Positions 9,246 through 20,976 of a DNA stretch of 32,000 nt are shown here, in pieces. The DNA is from Candidatus Heimdallarchaeota archaeon (GTDB lineage: Archaea; Asgardarchaeota; Heimdallarchaeia; Heimdallarchaeales; Heimdallarchaeaceae): assembly GCA_030668875.1 (NCBI GenBank), contig DAOVER010000021.1:26082-58081 (forward strand). Direction: 5' to 3'. Each line of letters starts with the position of its first letter. Position 1 is the stretch's first letter. The position numbers and the translations under genes were made by a program. The notes under the pieces were generated by a model, which was given only the letters and a program-made list of their open reading frames with translations, was not told the DNA's origin and searched no databases.

Positions 9246-9914
9246 TCTTTTTATAATATAGATGATGGTGATAGTTACTAGTTCTCCACCAGTTAATGTC
9301 CAAAATATAGCTAAAGCAAGATCTCGGTCATAAAAATCTATCTCCCCCCAATTTTCAGGAGTAGGTTCAAATTCTAAGTAGCTTTCATTCTGATTATGAT
9401 GAACAATTGTCTTGTAAGAAGTAAAATTAAATGGAGGATCCCCATACAGTTCGGGATTCCAGACTATTCCTGACCAAACAGTGTAATTGCCTTCTGGAGG
9501 AATAGTTAGATTATAATTGCTGATTCCAAAGCCTATGATGAGAGTTGAATTACTGACTCCTGGCTTAATTTTGTGTGTTGTGAGATATATCCAGTAAAAA
9601 TAACCTGAGATAGTCGTAAAATTTTCCTTTAATTCTATCTCCATTTGGGGATCTAGAAGATTTGAGTTAGGTGTATGATGAGTAAGAGTTTTTTTAGAGG
9701 GGTTCCAAATCTCACAAAGCATATAAACACTATAATCAATATAATCGTTCCCTACGATACAATCCTCCGGAGGCCATACAACATCCACAATTCTGATATG
9801 TACAGTATAAGGCTTGACCATAACAGTAATTAGAATACTTGATCCTAAAGTTATTAACAAACTAATTACTAGAACAATAATTATTAGTTTAAAAGAGAGA
9901 CTTGGACGCATCAT
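9210..9914 (-). CDS. Putative cell-surface glycoprotein (N-terminal signal/TM, beta-rich ectodomain, C-terminal TM + KRKKNK tail)
   Basis: Two hydrophobic termini and a basic stop-transfer tail. Six N-x-S/T sequons: NFT, NST, NLT, NYT, NFT, NES. Confidence 0.7.
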   Translation of the reverse strand: MMRPSLSFKLIIIVLVISLLITLGSSILITVMVKPYTVHIRIVDVVWPPEDCIVGNDYIDYSVYMLCEIWNPSKKTLTHHTPNSNLLDPQMEIELKENFTTISGYFYWIYLTTHKIKPGVSNSTLIIGFGISNYNLTIPPEGNYTVWSGIVWNPELYGDPPFNFTSYKTIVHHNQNESYLEFEPTPENWGEIDFYDRDLALAIFWTLTGGELVTITIIYIIKRKKNKLVEDIKI

Positions 9915-9973
9915 AAAATATTACTTAATTTAGTATTAATGTTTTCCTTAATTAAAAACAAAGATTTTGATTT

Positions 9974-10018
9974 TCATTTGATAACTACTCCAACAATTGC
10001 CATACCTATTTCATTCAT
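9974..10018 (-). pseudogene. Truncated duplicate of the ggr 5' end (MNEIGMAIVGVVIK*)
   Basis: Compare ggr start [11 protein letters not shown]; lies inside repeat copy 2. Confidence 0.75.
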
Positions 10019-10087
10019 AATTAAGTTCTTTCAAACTAATTCAAAAATATGACCTATGGAAATTTTATCTCCAACCAATTTATTTTT
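9988..10087. repeat. Direct repeat copy 2 (offset 847 bp from copy 1)
   Basis: See copy 1. Confidence 0.9.
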
Positions 10088-10180
10088 ATTTGATTTTTTT
10101 GAAGAAGAAATGTTGATATTGATATTATGAGCTGTAAAAGGCTCATTTAGGAAATTCAATCCAATGGAAAGGTGATTGAA

Positions 10181-11989
10181 ATGTCGAAAATAATAGACAA
10201 AGATACTGGTAAAAGATTACGAAGTCCAATCGGTGTAATTCTCGGTCATGTAGATTCAGGTAAAACTAGTTTACTTGATAAAGTTAGAGGAACTGCTGTT
10301 CAAGCTAGGGAAGCAGCAGGGATTACTCAACATGTTGGAGCATCCTTTTTCCCTTCTGAGACGATAAACGATGTTTGTGGGGCTCTGATGAATGCTGCAG
10401 GTATAACATTAGATATTCCTGGTGTTCTAATTGTTGATACACCTGGTCATGCTGCATTCATGAATCTGCGAAAGCGAGGAGCATCTGTTGCTGATATCGC
10501 TGTACTAGTAGTAGATTGTCTAAAAGGTTTTCAAGCTCAGACTTATGAATCCTTAGATATACTCCGTGCTAGAAAAACTCCTTTTATTATTGCTGCAAAT
10601 AAAATTGATAGAATTTCAAGTTGGAAATCAGTTCCAAGTGCCTCTTTCGCGCAAACATATAGTAAGCAAAACCCAAAAGCTAAAGCAGATATGGATAATA
10701 GGATTTACGAAATAATGGGAGAACTATCCGAACTAAATATGGAAGGGGATAGATACGATAGAGTGAAAGACTTCAGAAAATCTGTTGCCATTGTTCCAAC
10801 TAGCGCCAAGTCCGGTGAAGGTATCCCCGACCTCTTCTTAGTGTTATCTGGTTTAACACAACAATTTATGATGAGTAAGCTTGAATACAGTGAAGGGCCT
10901 GGTATTGGAACTATTCTTGAAGTCAAGGAGGAGGAAGGCTTAGGAACTACTATCGATGTTATTCTGTATGAGGGGATGATTAAGAAGAATGATCAAATCG
11001 TGATTGGGGGTAGAGAAGAACCATCCTTATTAAAAGTACGTGCGCTTCTTGAACCTAAGGAACTTGATGAAATGAGAGACCCCAAAGACAAGTTCAAAGG
11101 TGTAGATGTAATATATGCATCTGCTGGTATAAAGATAGCTGCACCAGGTTTAGAAGATGCTTTGGCTGGAGCACCTATCCGTGTTGCACCTAAAGGTATG
11201 GAAGATGAAGTATTCGATATGGTGGCTGATGAGATTGAAAGCTTCAGAATAGAAACCAAAACCGATGGTATCATCTTGAAGGTTGATACTCTAGGAAGTC
11301 TTGAAGCAATAGTTGACATGATTAAAGAAAAGAACATCCCTATACAGAAAGCAGACGTCGGAGATGTAAATAAGAAAGATGTAATTGATGCTGCCATTGT
11401 TGGTGAGAAGACTCCCGAATATTCTGCTATATTGTGTTTTAATGTTAACGTTCTACCAGGTGCTCAAGAAGAAGTAGAAGTAAATGACATCAAAGTTTTT
11501 TCAAGTAATGTAATCTACAATCTTATTGATGATTATGAGAGATGGATGATTGATACAAAAGAATCTATAAAGTCTGATTCTTTGAAAGATTTGATGATGC
11601 CCGGAAAAATAACCATTCTCCCCAATCATACATTTAGAGCCAGTAAACCTGCAATTGTTGGAATTGAGGTTTTAGGTGGTCGCATTGCACCTCGGCTTAT
11701 GTTGATAAGGGAAGATAATAAGAGAGTAGGCAGAATACATCAACTCCAAGATCAACAAGAATCCGTTCATGAAGTTAAGAAGGGAAAACAAGTCGCAATG
11801 TCTATACGCGGACCTACTGTTGGAAGACAAATAAGAGAAGGCGATATTTTATATGTTGATGTACCTGAAAAACATGCTGTTTTACTTATGATGCGATATC
11901 GTGATATGATTACAGCTGATGACGTAAAAATTCTTGAAGAGCTCGCTAAAATTAAAAGAGAAAATGTTAGTAAGTTTTGGGGCTGGTGA
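10181..11989 (+). CDS. infB: Translation initiation factor aIF5B/IF-2 (start probably ATG 10181)
   Basis: RSPIGVILGHVDSGKTSLLD, AGITQHVGA, DTPGHAAF and NKID. GGTGA SD precedes ATG 10181. No intein. Confidence 0.96.
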   Translation: MSKIIDKDTGKRLRSPIGVILGHVDSGKTSLLDKVRGTAVQAREAAGITQHVGASFFPSETINDVCGALMNAAGITLDIPGVLIVDTPGHAAFMNLRKRGASVADIAVLVVDCLKGFQAQTYESLDILRARKTPFIIAANKIDRISSWKSVPSASFAQTYSKQNPKAKADMDNRIYEIMGELSELNMEGDRYDRVKDFRKSVAIVPTSAKSGEGIPDLFLVLSGLTQQFMMSKLEYSEGPGIGTILEVKEEEGLGTTIDVILYEGMIKKNDQIVIGGREEPSLLKVRALLEPKELDEMRDPKDKFKGVDVIYASAGIKIAAPGLEDALAGAPIRVAPKGMEDEVFDMVADEIESFRIETKTDGIILKVDTLGSLEAIVDMIKEKNIPIQKADVGDVNKKDVIDAAIVGEKTPEYSAILCFNVNVLPGAQEEVEVNDIKVFSSNVIYNLIDDYERWMIDTKESIKSDSLKDLMMPGKITILPNHTFRASKPAIVGIEVLGGRIAPRLMLIREDNKRVGRIHQLQDQQESVHEVKKGKQVAMSIRGPTVGRQIREGDILYVDVPEKHAVLLMMRYRDMITADDVKILEELAKIKRENVSKFWGW

Positions 11990-12117
11990 CGGTTACTTAC
12001 TTTTTTCCCATTACATTTATATAGCAATTTTTCTTATGTTTAGTTTAGCTAAGTAAAAAATGTCAACCTCTACTTGGCTTGTTCCTGAGTTTACCTGGGG
12101 GTATTTCTGGCACCAAA

Positions 12118-13461
12118 TTATGTTTTCCACCAATTGTTAATCAGAACAAACGAATTTTTTAGTGGTAAGTTATTTCTTCTGTGGGGCTTTACTAGATGTC
12201 TTTGTGCTTGAGCCGGAGGAATGTACAACCCTTTTGATAGTTTCCTATCAATTAGTTTTCTAACCTTTGTTGACTCTCGATCTTTATAACCACATTTTCT
12301 ACATTTATATCCCTTGTTTAAACCATTGCTTACCATACGATTATTACAATAAGGGCAAAACGGGGATTCCTCTTTGAAATGGTCAGCTATAAACAAAATC
12401 TCACATTTCTCTAGTTGAATTGTAAACCTTTTGAATTCTTCTTTGTATTTTACACCCCCAAAAGCCATAATTCTATCATCTGGAAGAAGTTTTTTGACAA
12501 TATCTCTGAAACCTTTGCTTGGTTCGAAGGCTGCAATATCTACTTTGCTTTTGTTGTTTAGCAATTCTCCATGAGAAATAACATGTCCTCCTGGAATTAC
12601 TTTTGGTTTCTCTGTGACCTTTATCTCCCCTTTGAATACGTTGAAATTTACTACATCTGAACTAGCATATTTAAAATGTTGATCAGTGGCTTGATTTGTA
12701 CGAAAGATGCAATATGCACTGATTTGTTCCTTTGTCTTTATTTTCTTCATCATTTCAAGAAGAATTGTTGGTTCCTCTCCTCTGATTCCATATAGGACAG
12801 GATCTGGACCAGCAGGTGCAATAATAATTTTATTAGATTCTTCATCAATATTGTTGAATACTTGAGGTGAGTATTTTTTATCAGCTTGAATAAGTGATTC
12901 GTAATCTATTTCTCTTTTTTTCTTAATGTTTTGAGGTAGTCGATATGTTAAAAGTTCATATGTAAAATCTTCGCTTTCTGGCTGTAAAGTATTACCAATA
13001 GCTGCAATACCCCCAATCAACCCCCTACCATTTCCAATCGTATAATGTTTGAAACAAAATTTTTCAACAAAATTTTTTGCTGTTGCAATTGATATAACTT
13101 CAGTTAGTGCTTTATATGCAAACTTTTTCAATTCCTGAGGAACTTCTCCCTTGGTAATTACCAAACCAGGATTTGTATTTTTATCTTCTTCAGACATTTC
13201 ATTTAATGTATTTATCGCTCTCTCTACGATAGATTCAACTGCATCCTCTTCAACTTTAAGCGATAATCCTATAGCTCCATTACCTCTTGTTTTCCATGGT
13301 ATATTTGGGTTATTACGGATAAGACGTGGGTAGTCTAAGAAATCTACATCATTGGATATTCTCTCTACTAATCTCAGAGCTAAAAAAGTTGTACAGCTAC
13401 CTCTTAATGAGTCTGTATCATCAAAACCAATATGAAGAGTTGTATTCCGTAAATCTGACAA
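12118..13461 (-). CDS. tiaS: tRNA(Ile2) agmatinylcytidine synthetase TiaS
   Basis: IGFDDTDS..GSCTT, PRLIRNNPNIPWKTRGNGA, PDPVLYGIRG, TNQATDQH, GGHV and a C-terminal CPYC...CRKC zinc ribbon. TTG start. Confidence 0.95.
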   Translation of the reverse strand: MSDLRNTTLHIGFDDTDSLRGSCTTFLALRLVERISNDVDFLDYPRLIRNNPNIPWKTRGNGAIGLSLKVEEDAVESIVERAINTLNEMSEEDKNTNPGLVITKGEVPQELKKFAYKALTEVISIATAKNFVEKFCFKHYTIGNGRGLIGGIAAIGNTLQPESEDFTYELLTYRLPQNIKKKREIDYESLIQADKKYSPQVFNNIDEESNKIIIAPAGPDPVLYGIRGEEPTILLEMMKKIKTKEQISAYCIFRTNQATDQHFKYASSDVVNFNVFKGEIKVTEKPKVIPGGHVISHGELLNNKSKVDIAAFEPSKGFRDIVKKLLPDDRIMAFGGVKYKEEFKRFTIQLEKCEILFIADHFKEESPFCPYCNNRMVSNGLNKGYKCRKCGYKDRESTKVRKLIDRKLSKGLYIPPAQAQRHLVKPHRRNNLPLKNSFVLINNWWKT

Positions 13462-13501
13462 TTTAATACATAATGGTTTTCAGTTTTAGTATTAAAAAAT
13501 A

Positions 13502-14257
13502 TTAGATAGAATACCAAATTTCTCCTTGGCGATCTTTTTGAATTATTATACATTCTGTTTGATGTGCTAGAATTTCAATTCTTTCATGTAGTTCTCCTCT
13601 CCACATTCTCATCCAACTAGCCAATTCAGAAAGCGAAACTCTGTTATCAGGTTTGTTAATTATCTTCTTGAATATCCGTCGATAAATCTCACGATCATGA
13701 TAATTAAGCACTATTTTCTCAATCATCTGATTAAATTGATAAAATGCATCATTGATCTCTTCAACACATTCTTGTCTCTTTTGATCTAAGCCTTTTAACT
13801 CGCCTATTTTCTTAGTAATTAAGTCCCGAATTTTCGCTGATTCTTGTTTTAACTCCTTTCTAAGTTTTTCTCTTCTTTTCTCTTTATCAACTTCTGTTTT
13901 CTCTAATTTGGTGTCCTTCTCTTTTCCGATAATCTCACCTGTTGGAAAATATTTTACATTAAAGGTATTCTGTCCTACATCTATTATTAAAGAAAACGCC
14001 TGATTTAGACTTGCGTACTTGCGAAATGGTCCTCTGTCACTTTTTCTTTCTTCAATGGAAACTATGCCAAGTTTCTCTAATTCTTCGAGATACTTTGCAA
14101 TAATTCGAGGTGATATGTCCATCATTCGGGATAGCTGGAATGAATATAAGTCCTCATCTGATAGAAGTTCTAGAATTCTTCTCCTTGTATTATTTGAAAG
14201 AAATTCCAACAATTCGAAAACATCAGTTTCTTCATTTTGATTATCTGTTCCTAGCAT
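13502..14257 (-). CDS. ArsR-family wHTH regulator with coiled-coil C-terminus (HSR1/Phr-like heat-shock regulator)
   Basis: LSNNTRRRILELL...LEELEKLGIV...GPFRKY; in an operon with hsp20 and cdc48, as in known archaeal heat-shock operons. Confidence 0.85.
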   Translation of the reverse strand: MLGTDNQNEETDVFELLEFLSNNTRRRILELLSDEDLYSFQLSRMMDISPRIIAKYLEELEKLGIVSIEERKSDRGPFRKYASLNQAFSLIIDVGQNTFNVKYFPTGEIIGKEKDTKLEKTEVDKEKRREKLRKELKQESAKIRDLITKKIGELKGLDQKRQECVEEINDAFYQFNQMIEKIVLNYHDREIYRRIFKKIINKPDNRVSLSELASWMRMWRGELHERIEILAHQTECIIIQKDRQGEIWYSI

Positions 14258-14288
14258 CTATATCACTTCTTAACTGAAGAAGATGGGA

Positions 14289-16523
<2,235 letters not shown>

Positions 16524-16547
16524 TTATCACCATAATTATAAAATAGA

Positions 16548-17213
16548 TTAGTTGATGGAAATGTTATTTTCATCGTCACTAACTTCACTGACAATTTTCA
16601 GTTTGACCTCTAAAATTCCATTTTTCATAGAAGCTTCTATTTTCTGTTTTCTATCTATTTCATGCTCAAATGGTATTCTGGTGTCAATTTGCTTTCTACC
16701 ATTTTCTGCAATCAATTCCAGATTATTTTTCACCAGCTTCAATTTTACTTGTTCTTTGGTAAAACCAGGAAGTTCAACAATTAAATAGAGTTGATTCTTA
16801 TCTTTGTCAAGTTGTAAGTCATAAGTAACTTGATGTCGGTTTTTTACATCTTGATCTGGTATAGTTGCCTCTCTCTCCATTCCAGAAGTGAGTTGAGGAG
16901 TTATTATACCCCTGAACATTTTTTCAAAGCTTGGAAGAATTTCTGCAAAACGCTCAAAAGAGCGAGCAAACAGGTCACTGTCCCAATCAAACGATCTATT
17001 CAGGTTCAAGATTCTTTCAATATATTCTGTACCAAATTCTTCAGGTATCTCTCCTATCTCCCGATAGTTTTCCTTGCCTTCAGAATCTCGATTGTAATCA
17101 TACCCGTACTCTTTCTTTGTCCCGTTGAAATTAGTAAAAAATCTTACTTTTCTAAACTCTTCATTGAAGCTTTTACGGAATATATCTTTGTCTTTTTCAT
17201 TTTTATCATTCAT
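16548..17213 (-). CDS. Archaeal Hsp20 small heat-shock protein
   Basis: Alpha-crystallin motifs IVELPGF and ASMKNGILEVKL, a C-terminal ISI motif, and an N-terminal YG...G...REIG segment typical of archaeal Hsp20. Confidence 0.85.
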   Translation of the reverse strand: MNDKNEKDKDIFRKSFNEEFRKVRFFTNFNGTKKEYGYDYNRDSEGKENYREIGEIPEEFGTEYIERILNLNRSFDWDSDLFARSFERFAEILPSFEKMFRGIITPQLTSGMEREATIPDQDVKNRHQVTYDLQLDKDKNQLYLIVELPGFTKEQVKLKLVKNNLELIAENGRKQIDTRIPFEHEIDRKQKIEASMKNGILEVKLKIVSEVSDDENNISIN

Positions 17214-17287
17214 AATATCTTACCTCAATTCTCATTCGGTATCATACTTGTGGTATTGAACCATTTGTATACTACTGCTTCTTACTG

Positions 17288-17306
17288 ATATATAAACGTT
17301 TCGAAA
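17288..17306 (-). promoter_or_regulatory. BRE/TATA of the hsp20-cdc48 operon (CGAAACGTTTATATAT)
   Basis: TTTATATA box with BRE about 75 nt upstream of the hsp20 ATG. The palindrome TTTCGAAA (17299-17306) overlaps the BRE. Confidence 0.55.
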
Positions 17307-17454
17307 TTGAGTTTTTGTTGTAAATAAGTAAAACACTGAAAAAGTAAAGAAATTAAGATATAGAGACTAAGGGGAGGAGTATTGCAAGCGTCCTTGAAAG
17401 AAGAATGAGTTAAACAAAACCCCCGGTAGAATAAGTAAGCAAGACCGAAGGAAG

Positions 17455-17481
17455 TTATAATTATTTTTTTAATAATTATAA
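17455..17481. other. Perfect 11-bp inverted repeat TTATAATTATT-N5-AATAATTATAA
   Basis: Read directly from the sequence. It may be a terminator of the zincin gene or an operator. Confidence 0.6.
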
Positions 17482-17557
17482 AACTAATCCACCCACTTTT
17501 TTTCTTAAGGGACTTGAGGAATCAAGATAATTATGAAATTTCGCATGCATTTGGTTA

Positions 17558-18241
17558 TTAGGTCTTTTCAAGTACTTCTTTCAATTGTCCATAAAGCGTA
17601 TTGATTCTATCATAGAACCCCTTAGTATGATATGTATTATCCAAACTCAAAACATGTCTATCATAGTGGTGTCCCCATTCATGAATCAATGTACGAAGAA
17701 AAGTTTTCGGGGCAACATATCTCTGGGTTTTGGCTGTCCTACTAAATACTGAAATGGAGGAGTTTTTCTGAGTGTCACCTCTTGTTCGGTATAATCCATA
17801 GTATTGACCACCAGATCTCGTTAAGCGTCTTTTCCCGCCTGTATGCACTGTTAAATGTGGGAGTTTGTACATAGAATTTAACTCGGAGAGAAGAAGGTTA
17901 GAATATTCCTTAATATCTTCATCATTACCAAGCTTTAGAGAATCACCCAACATAATAGTCGTCTTATGTAAAATCTTGATTGATGATTTGGCTAGAGGTT
18001 TCATTGCAGCTGTTTTTGATTTTTCATAATCATTAGTTTGTGATGTTGACCACTTCTTCTTAGAATTCCTCTTCGTTGAAGTTGGTTTAGGCGGTTTTAA
18101 TCTTGGAGTAGTGAGTGAATAGGGTACTCGAAATTTCAAAGTGTCTGTCTCAACTGTAACTGTTTTCTTGTTGAACCTCTTTACTACACCTGTAAAAGTT
18201 TCATTTTTATAGGGAAAACTTATCCTGATCTCTTCACTCAT
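17558..18241 (-). CDS. SH3/KOW-like N-domain + basic linker + HExxH zinc metalloprotease-like domain (SprT/WLM-like zincin); start revised to ATG 18241
   Basis: TLIHEWGHH...TYHTKGFY (HExxH plus third His). N-terminal beta-barrel pattern G.V.RFNKKTV.V....FRVPY. GGGG SD precedes ATG 18241. Confidence 0.7.
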   Translation of the reverse strand: MSEEIRISFPYKNETFTGVVKRFNKKTVTVETDTLKFRVPYSLTTPRLKPPKPTSTKRNSKKKWSTSQTNDYEKSKTAAMKPLAKSSIKILHKTTIMLGDSLKLGNDEDIKEYSNLLLSELNSMYKLPHLTVHTGGKRRLTRSGGQYYGLYRTRGDTQKNSSISVFSRTAKTQRYVAPKTFLRTLIHEWGHHYDRHVLSLDNTYHTKGFYDRINTLYGQLKEVLEKT

Positions 18242-18312
18242 ACTAATCCCCTTAACGTTAGAGAGGAACTGAATTTTAATTTCTGTAATTCTCTGATGAT
18301 ATTTCCAAATCA

Positions 18313-19374
18313 TCAGTCTTCAAGTTCATCTAACATTTTTTCTGTCTCTGGTATTGATAAACCTATTTTTTCTTTTAATGACACAAGTAAATTTCTGATG
18401 TGATAAGCTGTTTCCTTTATCTGTTCTACAGCTTCTTCTCTGAAACCCAATCCCTCAGAACCAAATTTAATCGTTAGAGTTACTTCAAACAATCGATAAC
18501 AAATTGAAAGAATTATGAAGTAATTTATCTCTGCTGGAAGTTTTCCCGATAATTTTTCATAATGTCTAAGGAAAGCTTCAGTTACTTCTCTTGAAGTATA
18601 CGCTTCCATCAGCATTAATGTCCATCCCAAATCTTCACGATAATCACCTATGTGGGCACCAGGCCAATCAATAACAAATCCTTTTCCACTCACATCTAGA
18701 ACGATATTATGAGGATGAAAATCGCTGTGTACTATGGCTACTTTTTCTAAAGAAGCTTTGCTTCTATTTTCCTTTAACCAGTTTAACAAAGGCAATAGCT
18801 CTGTAATTTTATAATCTAATATTTGTTCTTCAAGTTTGTTTAATGATTTATCAATAAAAAAATACGGACTCTCTTCTTCAGTATATTCTGTCTTATTTGC
18901 TAATATTTTCCAATTGATCTCATGTAATTGCACAAATAAACTGACAAATTGTGGTAAAATCTCATCAGATAAGGCTTTATGGTCTTCTTTTTCTATGGCT
19001 TTTGCAAATTTTTCTCCCATATCTTCTCCTAAAATTCTTTCCATAATTATGAATGGGTGTCCAAGCACCTCTTCATTAAGCTCAAGAATATGCACTTTGG
19101 GAACAGGATATCCTGATTCAAAGAGAGATTGCAACACCTCAAATTCATGTTTAGTACTTGTTGCTAATTTCTTACTAGGGTACATTCTAAGTATTAGGTG
19201 ATCAACATTCTCTGCATCGTCACTTACTCGATAGAGTTTAAATGCGAATAGATCTGTTTGCCATCCCTTTGCTAATGATTGAATATCTTTAACTACAAAC
19301 CTATCTTCTGAATTATAATACTCTTTGAAGTAACTTTCAAGAATTTTGCCTATACGCAATGCTGATAAGTTCAT
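18313..19374 (-). CDS. Aminoglycoside phosphotransferase/choline kinase-like (APH family) protein
   Basis: LILRMYP, HEFEVL, YPVPKV, IIMERI.G, HSDFHPHNI (catalytic loop) and IDW. Confidence 0.85.
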   Translation of the reverse strand: MNLSALRIGKILESYFKEYYNSEDRFVVKDIQSLAKGWQTDLFAFKLYRVSDDAENVDHLILRMYPSKKLATSTKHEFEVLQSLFESGYPVPKVHILELNEEVLGHPFIIMERILGEDMGEKFAKAIEKEDHKALSDEILPQFVSLFVQLHEINWKILANKTEYTEEESPYFFIDKSLNKLEEQILDYKITELLPLLNWLKENRSKASLEKVAIVHSDFHPHNIVLDVSGKGFVIDWPGAHIGDYREDLGWTLMLMEAYTSREVTEAFLRHYEKLSGKLPAEINYFIILSICYRLFEVTLTIKFGSEGLGFREEAVEQIKETAYHIRNLLVSLKEKIGLSIPETEKMLDELED

Positions 19375-19435
19375 TTGTACTCAACTACTTGTTAATGCTT
19401 TTTATAGTGAAAAAGTAGAAAAGGTTTGTGATAAA

Positions 19436-19945
19436 TTGAAAATCGTTATTTCTAAACACAATGAAGGATGGACAGGAATTTTGTTGAACAATGAAAAGCT
19501 GTTCTATACACATTATTCCTTCAAGAATAAGGATGAAGCAGTTAATTACCTCTCTAAAATCGCCCGTGAAGAGGTAATAGTAGAAGAAAGAAATCATCCA
19601 TATATTGATGTTATAAATGGTATAGTAGATGGAACATCATTTGATCTCCCTGAGATAAACTTTGATTTCAGTGGATTTACTGATAAAGAATCTGATGTGC
19701 TAAAAGCGCTCCTCAAAATCCCAGCTGGAGAAGTTGTATCTTATGCAGAATTAGGTAAGCGAGCGGGAATCCCAAATGCTGCAAGATTTGTAGGGAACGT
19801 TATGGCAAAAAATAGATTTGGTCCAATAGTACCGTGTCACAGAGTAATTCTGTCAGATGGACGAATGGGTAAGTTTGCAGGGAAGAAAAACCACCCAATG
19901 AAAATAAAAATGTTGACTCAAGAAAAAGCTAAATTTAGACTTTAG
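19436..19945 (+). CDS. ogt: Methylated-DNA--protein-cysteine methyltransferase (start probably TTG 19436)
   Basis: IPAGEVVSYAELG, AARFVG and the active-site PCHRV. The longer ORF from 19346 overlaps the APH gene head-to-head, so a later start is preferred. Confidence 0.92.
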   Translation: MKIVISKHNEGWTGILLNNEKLFYTHYSFKNKDEAVNYLSKIAREEVIVEERNHPYIDVINGIVDGTSFDLPEINFDFSGFTDKESDVLKALLKIPAGEVVSYAELGKRAGIPNAARFVGNVMAKNRFGPIVPCHRVILSDGRMGKFAGKKNHPMKIKMLTQEKAKFRL

Positions 19946-20020
19946 CTCACTTCTCGTTAAGTTGCTTTTTCCTCTTCTTAATTTCCTGCAATAGATGGGA
20001 TTAATACTGTAATAAAATCA

Positions 20021-20830
20021 CTAGCTCTCTAATTTTGTTAGTATCTTCTCTACTATTTTATCAAAAGAATCTTTTGCGATATCATTAGATAAAACAGCAG
20101 GTTTACCGATATCACCAGCATCACAAATAGCTGATACAAGGGGAACACTTCCTAGGAAGTTCAAAGAAAGTTTTTCTGCGAAATTCTTTCCACCATCTTT
20201 TTTAAAGATATTAGTTACTTCTCCACAGTGTGGGCATGCAAAACCTGACATATTTTCAATAATGCCTATTATTGGAACATTTGTGACTTCTGCAAAATTT
20301 ACAGATTTACTCACATCCAGTAGTGATACATTTTGAGGAGTAGTTACTACTACCATCCCATCAAGATCCTTAATTGTTTGAACAATTGATAATGGTTCAT
20401 CACTGCTACCTGGAGGTAGATCAACAATAAGAAAATCTAATTCTCCCCACTTTACATCTGCAAGCAGTTGTTTAAGTGCCTTAATCTTCATCGGACCTCT
20501 CCAGATGATTGCTTTACTCTTATCTTGCAATAGAAATTCCATCGAGACAATTTTCACTTTTCCAGACTTTATAGGTATTATTTTACCATCTTCTTGTGAT
20601 GTTAGTTGATCATCTTCAACACCAAACATCAATGGAATGTTCGGTCCAGTAATATCTGCATCTAATACACCAACTTTGTATCCTTTATCAGATAGTGCCT
20701 GTGCAATATTAACTGTAACAGTTGTCTTTCCTGTTCCACCTTTACCTGATAATACAGCTATTTTGTATTTAATTATTGACAGTGTTTCCTCAATTTTCTT
20801 ATCTTCTTCACTTTTAACATCTAATTGCAT
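20021..20830 (-). CDS. mrp: Mrp/ApbC (NBP35 family) Fe-S cluster carrier ATPase
   Basis: SGKGGTGKT, DADITGPNIP, IIWRGP, VDLPPG, ENMS.F.CPHC. Confidence 0.93.
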   Translation of the reverse strand: MQLDVKSEEDKKIEETLSIIKYKIAVLSGKGGTGKTTVTVNIAQALSDKGYKVGVLDADITGPNIPLMFGVEDDQLTSQEDGKIIPIKSGKVKIVSMEFLLQDKSKAIIWRGPMKIKALKQLLADVKWGELDFLIVDLPPGSSDEPLSIVQTIKDLDGMVVVTTPQNVSLLDVSKSVNFAEVTNVPIIGIIENMSGFACPHCGEVTNIFKKDGGKNFAEKLSLNFLGSVPLVSAICDAGDIGKPAVLSNDIAKDSFDKIVEKILTKLES

Positions 20831-20976
20831 TTGTATCCCTTTAGTCTAAATACACACTTCCCCAGATTATTTAAAAACTAGATGATATAACTACTTTTTT
20901 TCCCAAATATAAGATTTTTAATCCTTGTAGAACTATGAATTAGAATAACTCTAATCCCATTCCAAAGTGAGTAGTA

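Noticed and set aside
17361-17455. RNase P RNA-like fragment (AAACCCCCGG...AGCAAGACCGAAG)
   Set aside because: The GAGGAAAGUCC and ACAGAA..GCUUA conserved regions and the long GC helices are missing, and the stretch is too short.
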